Shown here piece by piece: positions 24,001 to 33,000 of a stretch of 64,000 nt of DNA (positions are counted from its first letter, which is position 1; each line of letters starts with the position of its first letter). The position numbers and the translations under genes were made by a program. Location: assembly GCA_002633005.1 (NCBI GenBank), contig NMRA01000107.1, forward strand, positions 165,492 to 229,491, read 5' to 3'. Origin of the DNA: Phoronis australis (taxonomy: Eukaryota > Animalia > Phoronida). The notes below the pieces were generated by a model. The model saw nothing but the letters and a program-made list of their open reading frames with translations, had not been told where the DNA came from and made no database searches.

Positions 24001-27000
24001 ATCAAAACATATCTAAGAGTAAAGAAACTAAGTACCTAAAGAAATCAGCTATAGAGCTGCTCTTTCAGTGGTGGATCCATCTAAAATGCTTGGCTACTTC
24101 AGAAATGTTGACGGATGCGCGCGCACAATTGATCTCCATGCATTTTGCCGATGAGCAACGAAGACTCGAAATGCGTTGATTTTCATAACAGCAATTCACA
24201 ATGCAAAAAAAGTATATTTTTCCTCAATTTGTAGTTTACTTGGGGTTTACACATGCTGGCGGTGCCGTTTTTCTTTTGCTGGAGACATTTGTTTTTATTT
24301 TTTTATTTTTGGGTCCTTGCCCAAGGGGGGGTTTAAACCCCCTGAACCCTCACGTAGATCCGCCACTGGACGTCATATCTCCTGTTGCGCACGGTATAAA
24401 AATGGCCAGTTGCCGATTTGGACAACTAAACAAAGGCTGCTTGAAGAAAAAGTTTGATTACGGGAGAATTTGTTCGAGTTGGAAGAAATTAAAAGTCGGC
24501 CTGCTAAGGTGTCCCTCTATGCGCAAAAGGTACTTATAATAACGTGACTTTGATGTTTTAATCAGTGTGAGGCATTCTAGTTATTTGCCGAAAATCTTCT
24601 GGCGTATGAACTTATGAATCACCTACAGGAGCTTCACCGTCTCTAGTTGGGCAAACTAGAGTCGGTCACTGTTTATTCCATATGCTGACTGCAACGGGTA
24701 TGGAACCAGGGCCACGAGAGAGTCGAACGGTTTGTACACTGCCTTTTCGTGCCATGTTGTGTCACCGCAATTTAGGGCACTAGTGGACTCAGAGCGATGC
24801 TCTTACCATACTGTAGGAACCAAATTTACAGGCGTTACCATTCAAGATTGGCTTATTCCTTCCAACTTAGCCGAATACTCCTATAATCTAACTTTTTTCC
24901 AACAGTCATTTGTCCAGTTGCCCAAATTGGCAACTGGCCCATTTTTACACATTATTAGTCAAAAAAGATTGTGACTTTCATATTATAGTGATGTCAATGG
25001 CACCTTTGTCCAAAAAGTAACATAGAGATAAATTTTTCAGCAGCATGGAGTAGGCAGTCCGAGTGAAGTGTCTTGATATAGCGAGTCGCATTTTTATGCG
25101 CCCACGTATTTATATGTGGACGCATTATGCCGTCATCTCCGTCTGGGCGGTGTCCGCTGCTCTATCTCCAAAACCCTTTGACATACGTTCATGAAATTTG
25201 GCATATATGTTCCATTCATGAGTGGAACGACATGAACGAACTTTCGGACGGATCCGACACCCAGTGTGCCCCCTAGTGGCAATTTTAGTTTTTTTCACTT
25301 ACCTTTGTATCTTCAAAAGTCCTGAACGGATTTTCATGAAATTTGGTATGTAAGCACCTATTAGTGAGATGACGCTATCCTCCCATTTTCGGATGGATTC
25401 GGTGTAGTTTGCGCCACCTAGTGGCCATTTTTACTGTTTTTGAGTCTGTTTTTTGCGTCCACCCCTCTATCAACCAAACCGCTCAAAGGGTGATTGTGAA
25501 AATTGGCATGTATGTGCTTACTATAAGGAGGACGGTTGACCATGATTTTCTGACGATTTTGATTGCTGTGGCACCTCCTAGTGGCAGTTTTGTTTTTGTT
25601 GCGCCTATGGCTGTATCTCCTAAACCGTTCGCAGGATCTTTACATAATTTAGCAAGTGTATTTATGTGATGTTGACTACGGATGACGACGACTTTCAGAC
25701 AGATCTGACTACTGCTGTGCCCCCTAGTGTCACTTTTAGTTTTTTATGTTTAACTCAGTATCTTCAAAGGTCCTCAACAGATTTTCATAAAATTTTAAAT
25801 AGGCATCTGTTTGTGTGATGATGCTATCTGCCTGTTTTTGGATGGAATCGAGGTATTTTGTACCACCTAGTGGCCACTTTTGCTGTTTTCAAATCTTGTT
25901 TTTGGTGTCCATCCCTGTATCAACCTAATCATTTGAAAATTGGCATATATGTTCTCAGTGTGAAGGCGACCTTTGATGATGGTGACTGATTACTGTGACG
26001 CCTCCTAGTGGTAGTTTTGTTTTTTTGCCCATAGTGGTATCTCTTAAACCCACTGCAGGATCTTTACTAAATTTAGTAAATGTATTTATATGAAGATAAC
26101 AGACGACGACCACTTTCAGGCGGAAGCAACACACTGTGCCCACTAGTGGCACTTTCATTTTATTCGAACATTTACATGAATTTTGTAATTCTAGTCGAGT
26201 TTGAATTTTTCGTTGTGGAATTCACTGGATATACTTAGCCATTTGCTCAATCAACAGTGCAACCAGAAAGATGATTGGCAGTTGTTCACTGTCTAGTTAC
26301 CCAGGTGATGTGCGAGTGAATTTTAGAGCAGTACAGCACTCTATTGTTTCATGAAAACTTCAAGTAGAGGCTAAAAAATAATTGTAGGTGGTCTGGTACA
26401 TGTTGCACAGGCCGCTCACTGCACTCAGGTGGGCCCATTGCACTGACCACCTGGAACCATTCCTATGCTTTATCTATAATTTAAAACCCAGCGAAGGAGC
26501 TTGAGGCCTGACTTGGAGGTCTAGCAGTGTGTCCCAGTGGAACTCAAACCCATGACTTTGACTAAAGGAAGTGGACACTTATCTCACTAGGCTACACTGT
26601 CTCCTCTCTTAATAGAACCTAGTGCCTGTGTGTCGTCTCCTCTCTTAATAGAACCTAGTGCCTGTGTATCGTCTGACAATTGGATTTTTGTCGAGATACT
26701 TGCCCCACATTTTGAAGTTGTTTACTACATTAGCTTATTACAGATGACAACTGGGTGGCCTCCTGCAATAGATTGTAAATTCCATCCAAATGACACTTGT
26801 AAACGTTTGTGAGGAACTTTTCAAAAGTTCACAAATGACATTAATTTAACCAACTAACTTTGAATGGTATGCTTCTCAATGTCACGCAAATGGTCGCGAA
26901 ATGGATCATTTCCAGATTTTAGGAAAAAACAAAGGTACACATATGGAGAAGTTTGAATGGTTAATTTACTGGTAATTAATAAATATTCACATTTTCAGGA

Positions 27001-30000
27001 AATAAAAGATTTTCTGAAGGGATATTGTGTGGTTGATATTGCTATTAGCAAGAAATCCAGGCAAGGTGAGTAAACTGATATCTGCAGTTTTCTAAAGTTT
27101 TTGGTATGAATGAAATGCAACAAATAGTGATTTCCTCTTTTCAGCTCTTTATTGCCTTTTGTTGCGCTCACACTTGTGGACCGGTAGTACTGTAATGTCC
27201 ACGTGGCTATGCATAACCCCTTGATAATGTAGAGCCTAGATGAGAGCACTCCAGGCCCTGAAATAGATGCTTCCCTCTTCCAGCTTCCTGGATGGATTTA
27301 TATGTGCCCAAAAATAGCTTTCTATTAAGGAGACGATGATTTCCCATTTTGAGACAGGTTTGACGTTTTCTGTCTTTACCAACTAGTAACCATTTTATGG
27401 TACTAACGCCCCCAGAAGCTTATTGCAGTGCAGTCATGGACGCATTGCAACGTTTTCTGTTGCTCTTGTTATCATTTCCATTTTTGGCGTCCACCTCTGT
27501 CAGCCAAACTAAACTAATTACGCACAATGCTGATTAATGCCGAAACCTCATAACGTGATAATTTCATTTTGCCAAGCAACTTATTTGATTTTTGTAAAAT
27601 TTTGCTCTTGTGTTTTTCCTGTACAGAGAGTACCTGTACAATTTTGGACAACTAGTGTTGCACCCCCAGTGCCATTTTGCTGTGTTAAATAAAAATGTTG
27701 GAAACCCCATTGTTCTTATAGACAAAATGCTTTGATTTGATCTTGTTTCATGAAACACTATACCCAGTCTATTCTAGCTATTGCATCAGTCTTGCTAACC
27801 AAACTGTATAAGTAACCTGATTGTATTACATGAAGCCTGAAATGATTCACTATATGATATTGTATGACAATTGATGAAACTAATAAATACCCTACCATGT
27901 GCATAGTTACTCTTTTTGGAAGTTAATACTATATTAAAGAAGCATGGAACGCAAAAACTCCTAAAATACCTTTTAAACAGATCATGGTGAATCTTACTTC
28001 ATGGGGATCCAAGGTAACATGAGAGTTATTCACTTTGAATATTGAAAAAAAATTCTGGAAAAAATTGTCAGATCCACTATTTTGAAACACAGACTCTTTC
28101 ATCCCGATACAATTTTCAAACTCTCCTTCCCTTATAATTATATGCGCGCATGCGCTCAAAGAAGTCAGACTGGTTGTGCTTCAAATTGTCATTGTTTTTT
28201 TAATCTGAAAAGTCAAAGGTCACATTTTCCAAATAAGGGAAATGTATGTTTTGCCTTACCAAATAAGGAGACATGCTTTGCCATGTGGGAGAAAAATCGA
28301 CAGTGACGAGGAGTTGACAAATCATTGTTTTTTTTGAAATTTGAAACTACAGGAAAAATGCTTTGCCATCAAGAGGACTTCAAAATCTTTATACAAAAAT
28401 GTGAAAATCCCTGGTGAACAGTTTAACTTCTGTTTCAGTGGCTGAGAGCCTCTTTGAATTATGCAATTGTGTCTGTTTTTCATTTTTATGCCATTTTAAC
28501 TTGTTGCTTTTAGCTCACATTGCAACACAGCTTCACAACTTGATAGTAACTGTTTTGTTTTACAATGTATTACAGCTATAGTCACACTGAAAAATGGGGG
28601 TGAAGCTGAGGAGATAGTGCGGAGGTTCGACCAGACGATGCTGTTCAATACAGTGGTCGGGGTGTCTCTCTACCCCAACACCAGGCTGCTGTGTGTCAGT
28701 AACATCCCAACCCACGTATCACACCAGCAATTTGTTAACTTTGTGTCCACATTTGGCAAGGTCAACAAATGTTTCTTGATGGGATTTGTACATCCAGGTT
28801 TGTTAATGGCCCGCAATCAATACAAGGATAAAGTTTCCTTTACTTCAAATAAAAACAATGGCCAAAATTGTAATTTTATCTTTTCAGAACACTTTCATGA
28901 ATGTTCAAAATTTCAAATGTGTTTGTTGATGACATATTAGATGAGGTTTTGTTATATAATTTCAAATAATCTAGCAAAATTGTCTTGTTTACACCTGTTG
29001 AATATTTTGATTAAATAAAATTCTATTATTCCGACATGTTGTGTTCTAATTGAAGGACACTTTACCCTACAAGCTGACTGTCTCGTAAACAAAAACAAAC
29101 GACGACCGAACTAATTCACAACCGAGGTAGGACTATGACAATTTTATTTCACATGTTTATGTATAAACTATTACAGCACCAAACAGCTCAAAGCACAAGG
29201 GCTATGGCTTTGTTGAGTTTCTTCACAATGTACAGAAAATTGAAGAGTGCAGACAGACAATCAATGGATACCTCGTGTGGAATTCAGTGCTGCACTGTTG
29301 CCAAGCAACAAGCCAGCTCCTGACCTTCAATGACCTTCACTCGATGGTGCTGCGCATTGACAACCTACCACAGAGCAGTCAACAAGTGGATAGTGTGGTT
29401 AAATCGTTAATCAACCTCAGTAGATTGCAGGTACAGACTTCAGCTCATGATTTATTCAGCACTCCTACTGCAGCATATCCAGTGTGAATATTGTACATTA
29501 GTCTTGCTATATCAGCTATAAATGAGTTATTTTGGCCACTTCCTGTTGCTTGTTGAACTGAATCTGATGGGCACTTCTACCCAAGGTCTTTTGTGGCATG
29601 AATCAAGATCATTTGCTATGATTGGAAACTTAATTTTTATTTGAATGGTGAGTTACCAGAAAGTTGCAAAATTAATGTTTCAGTCAGTCTATTCTCTGGC
29701 CATCGTCAGGTGTTCCTGCATTCTTAGAACGAGTATAGAGTGGCATAAAGTCTGAGAACTCTTTGTTGTTTCAGATAGTAAAGCTGGTGGGTGGAGAGAA
29801 GTGTATTCTGGCCGAGTTCAAGACATTCATTGATACAGAGGCAGCATATCATGCTCTTCGTCATGTGACCGTGGGCCCACATCGTCTGCACACACAGTTC
29901 TGTCTACCTGGCTTTAGCCTGGATGAGCTGGAAGCTGATTTGAAGGTTAGAATGCGCTAGAAGTGCTTTAATTTGCTGTCTACTCCCTCATCCCTGTGAT

Positions 30001-33000
30001 TGCTTGGCCAAATTATTTAGAAACACAACATATAGCGATGATGTGGATATCAAGTTGCTTGCAATTTGTCAAACCACTTTAAGGATGGTTTTGAAAATTG
30101 TCGTTTATGTTTCTACTGTGATGAGGACGACTGATGATGATTTTCGGATGACTCAGACTACTGTGATGTCTTCTAGTAGCAGTTTTTTGGGTCTGTGGCT
30201 GTATCTCCCAAACCCTCTGCAGGGTCTTTATTGAATTTGGCAACTGAATTTTTATGAAGCTGACAACAGACAAGAACAACATTTGGATGGATCTGACTAC
30301 CACTGTGCCTCCCTAGTGGCAATTTTATTTTTTTCGTTATCCTTTGTATCTTTAAAATTCCTTGGCAGATTTTTATAAATTTAATAAATAGGTTTGTATT
30401 AATTTTCAGTTAAGGAGACGATGACGCCTTCTCATTTGCAGGTGGATTTGACGTATTCTGCGCCATCCGTTGGCCATTTTAAAAATTTTTGAGTACGTTT
30501 TTGACATCACCCTCTCCATCTACCAAACTGCTTAAAGGATCATTAGAATATAGAGATGCATTTCTGATGAGAAGACCAAGGCTGACGTTAATTTTCAAAC
30601 AGTTTCAAATACTTTGGCACTCCTTTGTGGCAATTTTATTTTTTGCGTCTACAGCAGCTGTTTCTCCTTTGCCCTTTGCAAGATCAGAAATTTAGCGTTT
30701 GTGTTCCTACGGAGATGGCAACGGATGACAGCGAGTTTCAGACCATTCCAACTACAGCTGTGCTCCCTTGTGCAAATTTTTCTTTTTCCTTTTTCCTCTG
30801 TAACTTCAGAGTTCGTTGATGCTTTTTCATGAAATTTGGGAAACAAGTTTCTATTATGAAGACATCAACTTTCCTTTGAATTCGATGTATTCTGCGCCAA
30901 TTAGTGGCCATTTTGATTACTTTTATTTTTTTGTCGTCTGCTTCTGTAACTGTCAAACCGCACAGAGAATGATTATGAAAATTGGCAGATGTGTTCCTAC
31001 TGACAAGAGCATGACTGACATGTATTTTCAAATGGGTCCAACTACTGTGGTGCCCCCTAGTGAATTTTTTTGCATCTATGGCTGTATGTCCTTAACCCCT
31101 TGCAAGATGTTTTTGAAATTGTGCAACAGTATTCCTCTTTAACTCGACAGCAGATGGACGGATTCGACTACCACTGTTGTTCCTAATGGCATTTTTTTAT
31201 GTTTGCCTTTGTATCATTGGAGTTCTTTATGAAATTTCGCCAATAGTTTTGAGAGACGACGACACCTTCTCATTTTTGCATTCTGTGCTATCTAGTGGCC
31301 ATTTTTATGATGCAAATAAACACCCGTGGAAGCACACCGTTGGCACTGCAGTTGAGGGTGTATTGCAATGCTCCCCGTTTCTCTAGTTGACATTTGTAAG
31401 TCGGTCATTAATTGGGTCACATTACCATGTCTTTTTAATTTGAAAAAATAAATAATGCATTCATTGCAAAACAGGGGTATCAATAAAATTACAAATTTAG
31501 TGTCTTAAAAATGAACTCTCAAAAATGCTGTTACAGTTTTATATTAAGTCTTTCATTTTAGTTTTGTGTTGCTTTTGATTTTTTTAAAATAAAAGTCACT
31601 GTTTTGACTGTTCACAAAGCTTGAATTCAATGTTGGCACATATGGGGGAGTTGGGGGTTGAAAATCTGTTGTGACAAACTATTTATAAATGACTTGTGAA
31701 GAGTGAGTGTATCGTTTTATCATTCATGTTAATTCATTATTGTCAATAAGCCTTGGTGGCTTTATATTAACACTAGTCTCACATTTTGTTTGTAGGAATT
31801 GGATAGACTGAAGAAAACCCCTTCTATTTCTGATACTACAGCCACCTTGCAAAGCATTATTGATCAAAATGGTAAGTATGGGTAATCTGGTGTAAGATCA
31901 CAGTACATTGTGACCTTAGGTAGTCTAGCCTTCCAGAAAAGTTTTAGGGAAAAAGAGGTTGTCAACTTTCCCTGAACACAGTGACCGCGATGTTTGTGCT
32001 GTCGTGTCATTCAATGTCATTATTTTATTGCAGACATTGTGATTGAATGCTAGCTCCTTGCTAACTTTGTGCATTTTGACGAGGAAATGATTGCTACGAT
32101 CAGTCCAGAGACATAATTGTCAAATTCCCAATGAAGTAGTTAATATGTAAACCAGTGTTAACTGACACCTAACTGTGTATTAACAAGATACACACTGGAC
32201 TCTGGTGTGGCCTAAATGTTTGCATAGATTGGAAGTTGCAGGATCTTTGCTTCTATATGAAGGGAGAGCTGTTTTATGAGTCTCCCCTCTTCTAATCTCT
32301 GTTCTCGCATCAAGCTAATGCTCTCTCTTTCTGTTAATGTCTCCAGGCGCTGTGAATGGGAACAGCTTGGTCCATCAAAATATAATGCTATTGATGTCTG
32401 CCTTCCACAAAGATGTAAGTAGCTGATACTTAGGAGATAGACCGTGCTTGTTGGTGTTATTGTTTTGTTTCTATTAAGTTATTTTTGTGGCATTAAAATT
32501 GAAATGAATTACCTTGCTTATGATTTGTTTACTACACTCAGTTATCTGCACAAGGAATTTGAAGTCTCGCTGTCTCGTCTAGATGTTCTCTTTTACTCGA
32601 AATATAAGGCAAAGCCTTATAGACGAATTTTGGATTTTTTGAGAACACTTAAATATTGCAAATGACCCAGAATATAAAGCCGCAGAATGTAAAGCTATAC
32701 CACTATTTTGGATATAAGTCTAGTTATCTTTTTTTTGTTTTTGCCAATCAGTCAATACCAAAATATTAATCAGTGTTTATGATTTTGAAATATTGCTTGG
32801 CTATAAGTATTCTACAAAACTGAATGAAAATGCAACAAAAAATAATCCAAGAAACAAGACAATGCACGTAGAAAATTCTAAAGTGGCGAACACTGAAAGT
32901 TCTGATACTCTCTGTGTGCAGTATAATGGAGCTGCTGTTCGGGGTGTTGACGAGTATTGGGTTTACCTAAACTTCATCAGACGCTTGTGGTTAGTACAGA

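Larger units (their letters stand above)
19905..24368 (-). mobile_element. Decayed hAT transposon with 5-bp TSD (hAT5-like)
   Basis: Perfect 17-bp TIR CAGTGGCGGATCTACGT; GACGT duplicated at 19900-19904 and 24369-24373; internal transposase relic. Confidence 0.85.
19620..24647. mobile_element. Palindromic fold-back element (arms 19620-19904 and 24369-24647) split by a nested hAT element
   Basis: The arms are reverse complements (GAGACGGTGAAGCT...CAGGAGATATGAC); the reconstructed empty site is a perfect palindrome. Confidence 0.8.

Noticed and set aside
26487-26599. Possible tRNA gene
   Set aside because: A/B-box remnants but no convincing cloverleaf; continues into sequence shared with a second copy, so a SINE head.
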